From Cycas panzhihuaensis (taxonomy: Eukaryota > Plantae > Cycadophyta): DNA of 64,000 nucleotides. The notes below the pieces were generated by a model. It worked only from the letters and a program-made list of their open reading frames with translations. It had not been told where the DNA came from and searched no databases. Shown in pieces: positions 24,776 to 38,371 of this stretch; the stretch's first letter is position 1, and every line of letters starts with the position of its first letter. Location of the stretch: the NCBI GenBank assembly GCA_023213395.1, contig CM041465.1:151349741-151413740 (forward strand). The letters are read 5' to 3'. Both the position numbers and the translations under genes were made by a program.

Positions 24776-27700
24776 CAGATAGTAGTACCGTTATCGCAAA
24801 TGTACAACCTGAGTCATCCAAAATCTTGGGATGACAACTTACCCTCTATACGTCATAGCTATAATTGGGCAATCCACAATTCAATAGAACAAACATTGTT
24901 TGAGGCTTTGGACTGGGCATTTTCTCCAAACTTCCTACATGGAAAGAAGAGCAAGCTCAAGTACAAGCATCAAGATTCATAGAACATGTCAAGATGGTAC
25001 ATAAGCCGATACAAGAGGTGTTAACAAAATTCCAACAAAGATACAAGGAGAGACATGAGAAGCAAAGAGTCCATCATCAGTGTCAAGTTGGAGATGAAAT
25101 ATGGTTGCATCTATCCAAGGAGAGATTCCAAAGCCCAAATTGAAAGATTAAGTGCATTTAATATGATTCATATACTATTGTGGAGGTCATTGGAAACATT
25201 GCTTTTTGATTGGATCTACCACTGCAGTTAGGATTGCATCTAGTTTTCAATGTGGACAACCTGAAATTATATGAACCTTGAATGTTGGAGGAAGATTCAT
25301 ATGCCAAAGTAGAACCTTCTGAAGATTTATAATCATACTTGCCAAATCCAGTTGCAGAAGACATAATCCTGCAAGCTGATCGTAAAGAGGTCACTATATT
25401 CTAGGATGACAATACCCACCAGCAACAAAATGGTACACTACAGAGTAGATTGCAGAAAATTTTCTGCACTTACAGGGAAAAATGATGTAGGCCATAATCT
25501 CCTAAGCGGGGAGGGATGGTCCCAATTGAACTGCAAGATACTGTAACTACATTGCAAATTGCTACAACTGCATTTTTTCAACTGCTTGATTAAGTAAAAT
25601 TAGCGAAACCTTAGAGATTAGTTAGTAACAAACAAGTAGGTGTAGAAACTACTTTAATTGTTTTCTTTTGGTATAAATTGTTGAAGTTCTTTGCTTGGAA
25701 AGGGGCATAACTGCCTGTAGCTGGAAGGTATTCGAATGGGAATGGTCCTAAATTGCTGGAAATTGCATCATCGTTGAAAGCGTTTTGTTCTCAAGATTTG
25801 TAAAACCCTTTTCAATAAGCAATAAATGACAACTATTTGATCCTTTCATCTCTGTTTACAAGATGATTGTTTCTCTATTTGGTCTTTTGTTTCATTTTTT
25901 TCGCTCTGTTTTGTTTGCTTTTACATTCTACAACACTGTATGAAAGGAGAACGGATCACAGCGGCTTTGTAGTGGTGAATACCACTTCCACTGCGTATTC
26001 CTCGCTCCTCTATAATGCTAAAAATAACCCAACCCACTTGATTGAATTTGTATTTGCACCTATCTTTGCCTATTCATCTCTCTGTATTCCCTTTCATGGT
26101 CGAATCCTGTGGCTATCTCAAGAATAAGCAGCAGAAGCTGGAAATTTTTGACTATTGTAGAATATCACTTAAAACATACTAGCTAAGGATCGCCTTGGGC
26201 TTAGAAGAGGATTTATTCGCACCGTTGCGAAGGTCGTGGATGAATCAGAGTCGGTTAAGTGTAAAGCGTTAGGGATTGGCGTAGAGTAGCAGATGATTTT
26301 AACCATCTTAGGATCGTGCAAGCTAATTCTTCGGGGGAACCCGCGCCTATGTGCTGGTGAGTTCATTCTATCCTCATATGAGTATGCAACTATCTCTTGT
26401 TTCATGAAGAAGTCAGTTTCTATGGAGACCCTCGACTGTCGTCTGCAACCTATGTAGAGGAGCAGAAGTTCAAGAGTCCTCAGTCGCATCCTTGGTTAGC
26501 ACGTGTTTCCTTCTGTGAGTGGCCTGGTGGTGATATATCGCCGAATTAGAGTAGGGTAGAAATTGCAGGCAGCACGTAGAATACGTCTATTCTTCGATGT
26601 GAAAGCAAGCTGGCATGTCGCTACATGGGACCCCGCAGGAGGAGAGGCAGAATTAGCCATCGAATTCACCATTCGTCAGCTATTGGTCGACAACCATAGC
26701 CAGTTAAGCAAGTTCAAACTCTCTTGAATTAAATACTTTATTATGATAAATAATTTAGAATCGAATATTTTTAATAGAATATTCTTTCATAATTAAGGGG
26801 GTTTATTTATTTATTTATTTTAAGTATAGAGATAGTTTAATTATTTATTATATTTTAATACGAGTGCACCAAAACTAACTTAAAATTGTCTTTGAAAAGT
26901 GTTTGATCATGTTAAAATAGTTTTCTTAGTTGTAATTTTCTTTCATAGACTAATAGCTCGTTTTCTGCAAAGGGGAGTAAACTCTAATCAAATGTTCTCT
27001 AGGAACATTCTAATTCAATTTAAAATATTTTAGTTTTAATCTATCTAAAAACTAGTTGTTCTTCTAATAAGTTGCCATCTATTAGCTTTAGTAATTATTA
27101 GTTGGCAAGTAGTTTTGTTAATTTTATGTTTAAAAAGACTCAGAGAGTAGTTTTTGACATATTCCATAAAGGTCTTGTTAAGTACCTTTGTAAATTTTAT
27201 TTTAAAGGATTTAAGAGTAGAAATTTCTTCTTGCCCTTTTTTCTTCTTATCTATTTTCACATCCCCTCCTCTTTGTAGTAGTCACATAAATTATTCTATC
27301 CTCTGGTAGATCCCATTAGTCAAATAGATTCATTTATATTTCTCGCTTTTTAATTCATTTTTCTTTTAGTTAGTAAATTAGTTTTCTATTCTAATTGTTC
27401 TTGCAAGCATTGTTTTAGTAGTTTGTTTTAGTCAAACTCTTACCTCAACAACTCTCCTTGAGCCATCTACAAAAAGTAAGCTAGGAAAGTTGATAGGTTC
27501 TATTGGTTTAAAAATATCATAAAATAGAATACTAAAAATTAATAGCTCTAGGTGTTCGTCATCACCACCTCTAGTCGCAAATGACCCCAAACATGCCTCC
27601 CAAAAGAGCAGTACTTCAATTAGCATCTAACTCAGAGTTAGAAGCCTCCAACATTGCCACTAAGGTGTCAAACGTAGAAGTAAACTTACATGAACTAGAT

Positions 27701-29309
27701 TATGCTCACAACTCAATATACACAAAACTACGAATCTTAAAGTTAGAATAGAGAAAAATGCAAGTCAAAATAGGTGAGTTGAACTGAAAATTAGAAAGTT
27801 AGATAAGGTCAAACGTAGAAAAGACAACAAGATGAAATCTAAGCCACCTAAAATCCCCAAAACAATCTCTAGAAAATAGTATGGTGCAATATAAAATGAA
27901 ATTATAGATGAATGTCTCCAACTTTTGATTTGACAAACAAGTAGAATTTGAACAATAGATTTCCAAGCTAGAAAGTGCCTTTGTTTATGCAAAAATTGAT
28001 ATACCATTTGGTCAAATTAGATTCACACTAAATAGGCTAGAAGGGCATGCATTTATTTGGGGAAAGGTTTGGTTTGATGTGGCAATAACAAAATAAGAAC
28101 TATCCTTTGAAAATTTTAGGTATGAATTCCTTACACAAGTAGGAAGAAATTGGGGAGAGCCATGCCACACATAGTTGGCTCACACATTCCAAAAAAAGTC
28201 ATAGATCATATAATACATAGAAGAAAAAATTGAAATATTGCTCAACAAGGTGAAACTTCAGTGCACGCAGGCATTAGAGTTTCATGTGGTAAAGGTAAGA
28301 CTTGAGATAAAGGTGGAGGTCCATAAAGGTAAACCAACATCCCTCAAGAAGGCCATTAGTCTAGCATGACAATCTAAAACCCACTATCTTACGATGTATG
28401 GTAGGTACATAATCCCATAGAAAAGAAACATGGCAGTAAGGAGCTCTTCAAGCCCCCTCAAGAAGCATACTGAAGGGGTAGTAGGAAACTGGGCATCAAC
28501 TAAGGAGCAACAAGAAAGACGAAGGTGAAGAGAAAATGAACTTTGCTTCCATTATGGCAATGAATGAACATCAAGCCATCCTAAGTTCTATAAGAAAACA
28601 CTAAAGCAATTGTACTCAACAAAAGTAGTAAAGGACCCAATAGAATTTGATTTAGAGGATGTGACAGATGAGGCATAAGAGTTGCCAATAGAACCAAACC
28701 AGCTAGGAGTCTTGCTAGTAGCCATCTCTAGCTTACAAAGAGGAAACACCCTAACAAGTAATTGGATTTATAAGAAAAACCAAGTGGTAGTTCTAATCAA
28801 TTTAGGAAGCACACATAGTTTCTCAGATGCTAGGAAAGCAAAGCAATTAGGATTGGTTATAGAATAAAATTCAAGCTTTTGTGTGTTGATTCCAAGAAAT
28901 AAGCCCTTTAGTGTGATGGGGAAATAAAAAACATTAAACTAAACATGTAAATTCAGATTTTTGTGCATTAACCATGGGAGGAGTAGATGTAGTGCTAGGA
29001 GTACAATGGTTGAAAACATTAAGAACCTGCAACACCAACTTGGAAGAAAGATTCACGAAATTCACAAAAGATGGTGTAGAATACACACTAAATGGAATAA
29101 AAGCCCAAATTTGTAAGCAATAGTCTCTTAAAAAATAGAAATTTATTGAAGAAAAATCACATAGGTTACATAGCTTACTTAATACTCCATAGAAGCCATA
29201 ATATAAGAAACAACTAGGATAGAAAACACAAAGGACATGAAAAACCAAGACATGGAAAACGTCCTACAAAGTCATGACAAAGTATTTCAGGACCTACCTC
29301 TATTCAAAC

Positions 29310-29435
29310 TAACCCCCAACAATTGAAAAGCCACACTGATATAGCCACAAACAAAATCATAAATAGAAATATTAACCCCCAACAATTGAAAAGCCACACT
29401 GATATAGCCACAAACAAAATCATAAATAGAAATAT
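29310..29435 (+). repeat. Perfect 63-bp tandem duplication inside G
   Basis: taacccccaacaattgaaaagcc...aaatagaaatat occurs twice, at 29310-29372 and 29373-29435. Confidence 0.95.
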
Positions 29436-32400
29436 TAGTTCAATGTTTGTTGAAAAGTGGGAGTAATCACAAAAACCAAAAGTTTGTATATAGCCTTAGT
29501 TGTACTAGCTAGGAAAAAAGGTGGATCATTTTGGCTATGTGCAAATTACAGGGCTTTAAACAAAATAACAATCAAGGTTAGATTCCCCATGCTAGGAATA
29601 GATGACATCCTGGATGAGCTATATGTAACATGGTTCTTCAAGTGAGATTTGTAATTAGGCATTATATAGTAGGCCCAACTCAAATATAGCAGACAGAGAT
29701 AATATTCTAGTAAATCATAGTAATATTCCACAATATTTCAGAACAGATTGCATATATTTACAGTAGAATTTCCTCACAAAATATTATTCAATAGATAATG
29801 GATACTTACAACAGATAATCTCCACAATATTCAATTTAATGGACATATAAATCATTCTTACATACATTGATAACAACAATAATGGAACAATGATAATAAC
29901 AAATTAACAATAATGAAACCTGATATGGTATCCAGTAGTTACAACCCTCTTCGAGGTGAGAGCAATCCTTCAACAGGGACAAGACCCTAATAGCATGAAG
30001 CCATTAGACCAAAATGGTAATAAATTCTCCAAGATTGATTTACAAATGATCAAGGCTTCTTTATTTATAGCCTTTAAAACACACTTCTAATTTTCCCTCT
30101 AAAAAATCAACTTCATAATGAAATATAATAAATGATTTTTCCTTTAATCCTCCTAAAAAATATACTTTATAATAATAATTTTCTCTATAGAAAAACCAAC
30201 TTCTTCCTTACTTTTGGGAATGATACAATTCCCGTCCCCTTTAAATAATACTTTGCCCTCAAAGTATTAGGAATTGCTTGTCACATGGCTTGGTCTAACT
30301 TTGACCAGTTCTTCCAACCACCACCTGCTAAGTCCTATATGTCATGAGGATTGGGTCCAATCTTGTGGCTTCCATTAGATTTTGTTGATGAGTGTGTAGA
30401 ATTTGTTGATGCTTGTTCCTAGGGCTAGGTACATGTTGTAACTTGTCCTGTATTGAAGGGATCTTGGGACTAGTGATGTGCCTTAGATGCCTTGTCTTGA
30501 TCTTTCTTTGTGTTTGCACATTTTATTCTCAAATGGAATGGCTTATGGAATGAGAGGTGAATGAAATATTGAGGACTTTCGTGAAGATTTTGGGAAAAAA
30601 ATTGATCGCAAGGATCTTGAAATGATGATTGGTTATTGTAAAAAGGAAAGGAAGAAATGGGATTTTGAATGGTGATTAACCATAGCTTTGAAGGTGTAGA
30701 AAGAAAGGATGACATTTGGAACTTGTCTTGAATAGAGATGAAAGTGTTTGTTTGACCACAAGAATTGTTTGGGGAAAAAGATGGATAAGGGATTAGTAAT
30801 AGACGTTCTTTATGAAAAAAAAACATTAATAGGGTTTTAGAAATGGTATTAAGAGAAAATGAAAGATTTAATGGAAAGAAACAATATTGGTAGTGTGGAA
30901 ATGAAAGGGGTTGGGATGATCAGATGGGTTTATGTAGGGAATAATCATCATACTATGTGATGAATTTTGATGAAGTGAGGAGGGATGGTTTAGAATAGCC
31001 TAACGAAGGAAAATCCTAGGGGGAAAAATTTATGTAAAGATGCTATTAGACTAGGGTTGTAAAAGGGGATTGAGACTTGTCCTATGATGAAGTGAGAGCT
31101 AAGGGGATTAGTATTTTGGTTAATTATGGGATAGAGAAAAGAAGGTTTCTCTATTGCTAATGAACTTCGAAATGAGAGAGGACAAATAAAACTACCAAAC
31201 GAAATATGCACATGCAACACAGGATTGAGAGCTACCTTGAGTACCTTATTGGATTTGCACGTGGCTTGTTGTGGTTGTTCTTCAGATTCATCCACTAGTT
31301 GTTCTTTCACTTGCTCTTTCATGTCTTCATGCTACTCCTGTGTAACTTCTCCTTAGGTCTCTTCCTTTATCTCGATTTGCCTCTCGTGAGACTTTTCCAT
31401 CAAGTGATTAGACGTCATATGCACCTACTTGGGGTCTTTAGTGCAGTAAGGCCATTTCCCCTAAACTGATTGTTGTTCATATTCTTGCAAGGTCTTGATG
31501 ATCTCCTTTTTAATCATTCATTCGCCCTTCTTCTTCTTTGTTTTTGTCACTTTGACTGGCTGCTTTGATACCTTGGTATGCTTACCCTATTCGTGGGTTT
31601 ATGGGTGTCGAAGTGTTCCCTCAACTTGAACTTTATCTCATTTCTACGTCTTGAAAGCTACAATAGAAGCATATGAAAATTGGTATCATTGGTTATGTAT
31701 GAAATCTTCTTTAGCCCAATTAATAAATCAATCATGAGCTCTTCCATCTAGTAACATTTCTAAGACTGGTCTGTACTCTTCAATTTCTATATTGAATGTG
31801 AATTCATGAATTATCTCGACGTTTTCTAGCCATTTTTTCATGTCATCTTATTCCTGTAGATTAAAAAAATTTGTCTCCATTCTTTTTTTGAAAGCAAAGG
31901 TTGCACTTCAATGATTAAAATCTATATCATCCGTTGGTCAAAACTATCACATATGGCCACTTGAAATGACTGTCTCTAAACCAGGATTCCGACGGTTCAG
32001 ACAACACTCATTCTAGTACCTATAACTCAAGTTACAAACGAAAACATTCAAGTACCCCCTTGAAACATTATAAAAAAAAAAGTAAAAGGTTTTGAAGCCC
32101 CCTTTTAAAATTTAGCCCATTGTCTTATGGTTTGTGCATGCAACCTCTTGTTGATCATTGGGGGCTAATGACTGATTCCAAAAATATATCCAATCCGACT
32201 TGATTTCAATATAACTTTAGAAAAAATGTATGTAGTAAGGTTGAAAAAAATACCCTTTCGATGCACATGTCAATGGTGACAAACTATTGATTGGTATTTT
32301 GTCTAGAGGGGTGGCATGGATTACCAAAGCAGGTAATGGATGGGCTTTAGCATAGTGACTCCTCAGGAATGCACATTTCCCATACACTGGTGATTTCTAC

Positions 32401-32985
32401 TCATGCAATGTCATAGCTTTTGTGATACCAACATACTCCCTTCTTCTTTTGGTGTGTTTGGAAGCATATTCCATGAGTTCGAACTAGTGTATAGAGAGGG
32501 CACTCCATGCGGATAGATGATCACTCAACGGAATTAGGACAAATGACGATGGAGTAGTCTTATGGGCAATTGAGTAACAGACGAACATCGACACTTTACA
32601 TGTACAGGGGAGGTCGTTGGGGTGACTCCACACAGGCAACGCACCATGAGCTGCCATGACATATGGCAACGTGCACACAATCAGATAGGGCATATAGCAC
32701 CTATCAAGATATGTTTGTCTAAGTTGAACAAGGTCTTCACCCAAGGGTCCCATAGAACACTTATTGCTTCCCAAGATACACTTGCTTAATTAGCCCACAA
32801 GCCTTCATGAATGATTGAGACTAGAACAACAATGAAGAGCATGCAAGTTTTCTTTGCTTGTCCATTTGTGATGGACAGATGTCACTCCTATCTCCTGATG
32901 TTCAATCGTCCCTTGCTTGATATCTAGTAATACTGCACCTCTGATCTTGCCTCTTCACATAGATGCCATGATATTTCAGACATAG

Positions 32986-35900
32986 TGAATTGACCCCATT
33001 AAAGTTTGACCAACGTCTATGTACTTGCTGTGGTTGACTTCTAGAAGTGATTCTGAGCGCAAATCTCTATGTTCTATCCGACCTCATTAGGTCCTAGTTT
33101 GGGTGCCTATAAATAGGGATCTTTGGGGTTATTCCCCATCATCAATTTTTGAAGTCTTTCCCTCTCATTTTCAGCCTTAAGGCTATTGCCAATTTTCGGC
33201 CTTAGGGCTGCATTTCTGAGGAGGATTCCTGCCTCGAAGGGCTTGGTGATTGTTGCAGGCTATGTTGGTAATTCTGGAACTCTTATTTATAATTTTGTAT
33301 CTATTTGGCATCATATTTTGGCACTTGTAATTGAATTATATTTGGAAATATTCATCTATACCATACTCTTGTATATATAATTGCCAGTTTGTGTTCTATT
33401 ATTTGTGAAAGTTGAGCTCTATTCTGTCTTATTTCTGGTTTTGGGTTAAATACTGTTACAAGTGGTATCAGAGCTTCATTCTGAAGCAAGATTTTAAGAA
33501 GATAATTTGGGCAGGGGGAAGCAAAAGTTTGACCCGCCCTCCCACCTTAAGAATTTTGAAAAGATCTAGAAAGATCAGACTGCCAAATAAAATGCCGATA
33601 TCCCCAGAAGCAGAGGAACAAATGGCAGAGACCATGACAACGATCATGCAGGAATATACAGCAGATCAAGAACCTTAATGTGAAGTTAGAAAAGCAAGAA
33701 ATAACCCATCCTAAAGTAGAACAAAATTAGGATTTAGATCAAGACTTAGACCAAGGGAACCAGGGAGGAAGGTTTGAAGAAGGATTCATATTTCTGTGGA
33801 GGAACATAAAGTCACAAAGAATTCCAATAAACACAAAGATCGCACTAGAAAAGTTTGATCCAGAAAAGACACGTGACATAAGATCATGGTTACTCCAGAT
33901 GGAGACATACTTCATAGTCAACCAGACACTAGAGACAGATACGGTCCCCATCACCTCTCTACATCTATATGGATGAGCTTTAAATTAGTATTGTTGGTGG
34001 AAAAAGATGCAAGGGCCTTAGCAACAAGAATGGAGACACTTTCGAATAGCCATCATCAATCAATACGAAGATTCATGGGCTATGGATTATTTCGCCCAGT
34101 TGATAAGGCTACAACAGATCGGATTAGTTCGAGAATATACAGAATAATTTTAGATGATCCAATGCCTGATTATGTCAAGCATTCCTTAGGAATGCCTCAG
34201 GGAGACCTACATAAGTGATTTAAGGCACCCATAAGATTCCACGTATTAGCACAACAACACGGAGCATTGGAAGAAATCATAAAACATGCCAGATGTGTCA
34301 AAGCCGAACTCAAAGAAACCAGGCCAACCTAGGTGCGCAGAACAGAATTTACACCACCACCTAACACAAACTAGAATAGGTCAGGAGTTAAGGCGGATGC
34401 TCCTCTTGCAATCAAGAGTACAACAGAAAATCCTATGTGAGAAGAACACATGAAGAAAGGTACCTGTTTCAAATGCGGAGGAAAGTGGAACTGAGAGCAC
34501 CAGTGTCTAGGAAAAAAAGTATTCATGCTAAATAACAAAGAGTTAGAGATACCAAAACAAGTGGAAGAAAATGTAGTCCCAGACAAGGAAGGAAACAATG
34601 AACAAATCGAAGCCAAGCTAGATGAATTACTTGAAGTCGATACAGAGAATGTTCAGATCTTTCTACAAGCTATAACAGGACAAAGTACCGCACGTTAGAC
34701 ATTATGATTCGAGGGGATGCTAAAAGGAGCTCCAATAGCAGTGTTGATGGATAGTGGGAGCGCCCACAACTTTATTAACAGACCAACAACCCAGAAGTTA
34801 GGACTAAAAGTGGAGCCCTTGAAAACCTTCCAAGTATCAATCACTAATGGAAAAACAACACCTTGCAGAGGGTTTTGCAGGAACATCAACTTGAAAATCG
34901 GTGAGTACTCTTTGAATTCCAATATGTTTGCAATGCAAATAGGTGGAGTCATTGTAGTTCTAGGGATTTAGTGGTTGCAGACATCAGGTAATATAGTCAC
35001 CAACTATATGACCAGGGTTATTTGCTTCCGAATAAATGGCACAAAATACATATTATGTGGACAAAAAAATCCACCAATACAACTAGTGTCTTTCCATAGA
35101 ATGGAAAAGATCATGCGGAAGAAAGCTCCTACATACATAGTCTCATGCCACAAAATTGAAATCCAAGAAATACCAATGGAGATCCAACACATTTTGGATG
35201 ACTATAAACAAGTATTTGAAGAGCCGAAGGGATTACCCCCAATGAGAGAAACCCAGCATGCTATAGATTTAGTCTTAGGAGCCACACTAGTGAACATAAG
35301 GCCATAAAGGCACCCATACCACATGAGGAAGGAGATCGAAAACATAACAACAGATTTATTTTCACAGGGCCACATTCAGAGTAGTATAAGTCCGTTTGCA
35401 TCCCTAGTTGTAATCAGCCCCAAGAAGGATGGAACAGTTAGGATGTGCATGGATATCCTATTCCCAGGATCAATGACTTGCTAGATGAGATACATGGGGC
35501 AAAATATTTTTCCAAGATTGACCTTTGGTCAGGCTACCAATAGATTCAGATAAAATAAGAAGATGTTCACAAGACAACCTTTCAAACTCATGAAGGGCTA
35601 TTCGAATTCAAAGTGATGCCGTTTGGACTAACTAATGCTCCAGCAACATTCTAGGCCACCATGAACTTGGCATTCAAAGAATTTTTAAGGAAGTTTATAC
35701 TAATCTTTTTTGATGACAGTCTGATTTACATCAAAACTTGGAGCCAACACTTGGCACATCTTTGATTAGTCTTGCAAATTTTGGCAAATAGATTATTCTT
35801 TGTAAACAAGAAAAAGTGCTCTTTTGGCTGATAGGAACTGGAATACCTCAGTCATATAATTATCCTAGAAGGAATCAAAGTTTATCCCAAAAAGGTCTAG

Positions 35901-38371
35901 GCTATAGTAAATTGGCTAGCACCAAAGAATGTTGCAGGAGTTCGCAGTTTTTTGGGTGCAGTAGGATACCTTAGGAAATTCATAAAAGGATACGCCAACA
36001 TAGCGGCCCCACTTACAGACCTAACCAAGAAGGACGCATTTGCATGGAACTCAATGGCCAACAATGCTTTTGAAGAACTAAAGGATGCAATGGTAAGAGC
36101 TCCAGTCCTAACAATTCCAGATTTTTCAAAACCATTCAATTTGGAGTGCAATGCATTAGGGTTTGGCATAGGAGCCATCTTATTACAAGACGAAAGACCT
36201 ATAGCATATGAAAGCAGGAAGCTGAACAATAGAGAAAAGCTAAAACCCATTTACGACAAGGAGATGCTAGCTATAATGCACACAATCCATCAGTGGAGAC
36301 AATATTTGCTCGGGAGCCCATTTCAGGTACGAATGGATCACAACAGCCTCAAGTACTTCTTAAGTCAAAAGACGTTGCCAGATGAATAACAAAAGTGGTT
36401 GAGCAAATTACAATCATTTGATTTTACTATCGTGTACAAAAAGGGCAAAGAAAATGTCATAGCAGATGGTCTCTTAAGGATCCCAGAGGAATCTCAGGAG
36501 CAACCAACATTATAGACAATCTCAGTGGCTACCCCGACATGGCACGAGACACTAAGAAAAGAGTACAACAACGACCCAAGATATAAGCAGTTGATAGATA
36601 AAACAAGATATAATATTGTAGGAAGCTCACTCTACACCTATAGTAGGCTACACGGGGATTGACAAGACATATAGAAAGGTAAGAGCTTCTTTTTATTGGA
36701 AAGGATTAAAAACAAATGTTCAGAAATTTCTGGTAGAATGTGATACCTATCAAAGGAACAAGATTGAATGCATAAAAATGCCAGGGTTACTCCAGCCATT
36801 ACCAATTTCAAAACAAAAATGGGATGAGATATCTATGGACTTCATAATAGGATTACCTTGTTCAGAAGGGATGGATGCAATTCTAGTCATAGTAGATCGC
36901 CTTACAAAATATGGCCACTTCAGAGGATTGAAATCAACAACTAAAGCCAACGAAGTTGCAGAGTTATACATGAAGGAGATCCATCATCTACATGGTTTTC
37001 CAAAGGCAATTGTAAGTGACTATGACCCAAAATTTACTAGTAAATTTTGGCAAGATCTTTTCGAAATCATCGGTACAAAACTCAAGATGAGCATAGCTTA
37101 TCACTCACAAATAGATGGGCAAATAGAAATTTTGAATAAATGCCTAGAAGGATATTTGAGGAACTTCTGCTCAAACAAACAAAGACAATGGCACCAATGG
37201 TTGCACTTAGCAAAATGGTGGTACAACACCACCTGCCACTCCTCAACAAAAATGATGCCTTTGTAGGCCCTATACAGATACCAACCACCATCCTTTTTAA
37301 CTTGGAACAGACCATCATAGGTCCAGGTAGTTCAAGAACATTGGAAGCAAGTAGAGGAGACTATCAATAGACTGAGAGATAATTTAGCGATGGCACAAAA
37401 TAGAATGAAGCAACAATTAGATTTGAAATGCTTTGAAAGACAATTCAAAGCAGACGATTGGGTCTTTTTGCATCTGTAGCCATACAAATAGGTCTCCTTA
37501 CAGAAAACAAGCAACCAAAAGCTTGCACCTAGGTACTTTGGGCCATACGAAATCACTACCAAAATAGGTGAAGTCGCATATCATTTAAGGCTCCCAAAAG
37601 GTGCAAAAATTCATAACATCTTTCATGTTTTCTATCTAAAAAAGAAGGTTGGAGATGAAATAGTACCTCAGTCCAACCTCTTGGAGCTCAACGAAGAAGG
37701 AAAAATGATGCTAGAACCAAAAAGAATCCTGCAAACCCGCACCAGATCCCTCAGGTCCAGACAAATCAAAGAACACTTGATCAAATGGAAAAACCTGGAT
37801 GACGAAGATGCCACGTGGGAAAACGATGAATGGATAAAACAATTTCCGCATTTACTAGTGCTTTGAGGGCAAAGCACAATTTCGAAGGGGGGGACATGAA
37901 GTGACCTCATTAGAGTTTGGTCAACCTCTATGCACTTATTGTGGCTGACTTCTAAAAGTGATTCTAGGCACGAATCTCTATGTTCTGGCCGACCTCAATA
38001 GGTCCTAGTTTGGGCACCTATAAATAGGGATCTTTGGGGTTATTCCCCATCATCAATTTGTGAAGTCTTTCCTTCTCATTTTCGGCCTTAAGGCTGCTGC
38101 AGATTTTCGGCCTTAGGGCTGCATTTTTTAGGAGGATTCCTGCCTCGAAGGGCTTGATGATTGTTGCAGGTCGTGTTGGTAATTTTGGAACTCTTATTTA
38201 TAATTTTGTATCTGTTTGGCATCATATTTTGGCACTTGTAATTGAATTATATTTGGAAATATTCATCTATACCATACTCTTGTATACATAATTGCCAGTC
38301 TGTGTTCTATTATTTCTAAAAGTTGAGTTCTGTTCTGTCTTATTTCTGGTTTTGGGTTAAATACCATTACA
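32986..38371 (+). mobile_element. Element F: near-complete 5.4-kb chromovirus (Reina-like size and organisation), same lineage as C
   Basis: 475-bp LTRs 32986-33460 and 37897-38371; PBS 33463-33474; PPT 37884-37894; TSD CATAG/CATAC. Confidence 0.95.
33592..37866 (+). pseudogene. gag-pol of F (gag, PR, RT, RH, INT, chromodomain)
   Basis: CFKCGGKWN*EHQC, LMDSGSAHNF, LIFFDDS, FNLECNALGFGIGAIL, ISMDFIIGLP, HLIKWKNLDDEDATWE; stops, frameshifts and short deletions. Confidence 0.92.

Larger units (their letters stand above)
17551..25958 (+). mobile_element. Element D: old CRM-like Ty3/Gypsy, full length but heavily decayed
   Basis: LTRs 17551-17959 and 25517-25958 with TGAT(TGGT)...ATCA ends typical of CRM. 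PBS TGGTATCAAAGC 17963-17974; PPT 25504-25516. RT KTREGLYKWLVTPFGLANAP...IYHDD. Flanks CAACA/CAGCG match after G>A decay. Integrase reads through the 21421-24775 insertion. Confidence 0.88.

Noticed and set aside
26169-26489. 106-aa ORF as a host gene
   Set aside because: No recognisable domain or exon structure; the region is reported only as a CpG-rich island.
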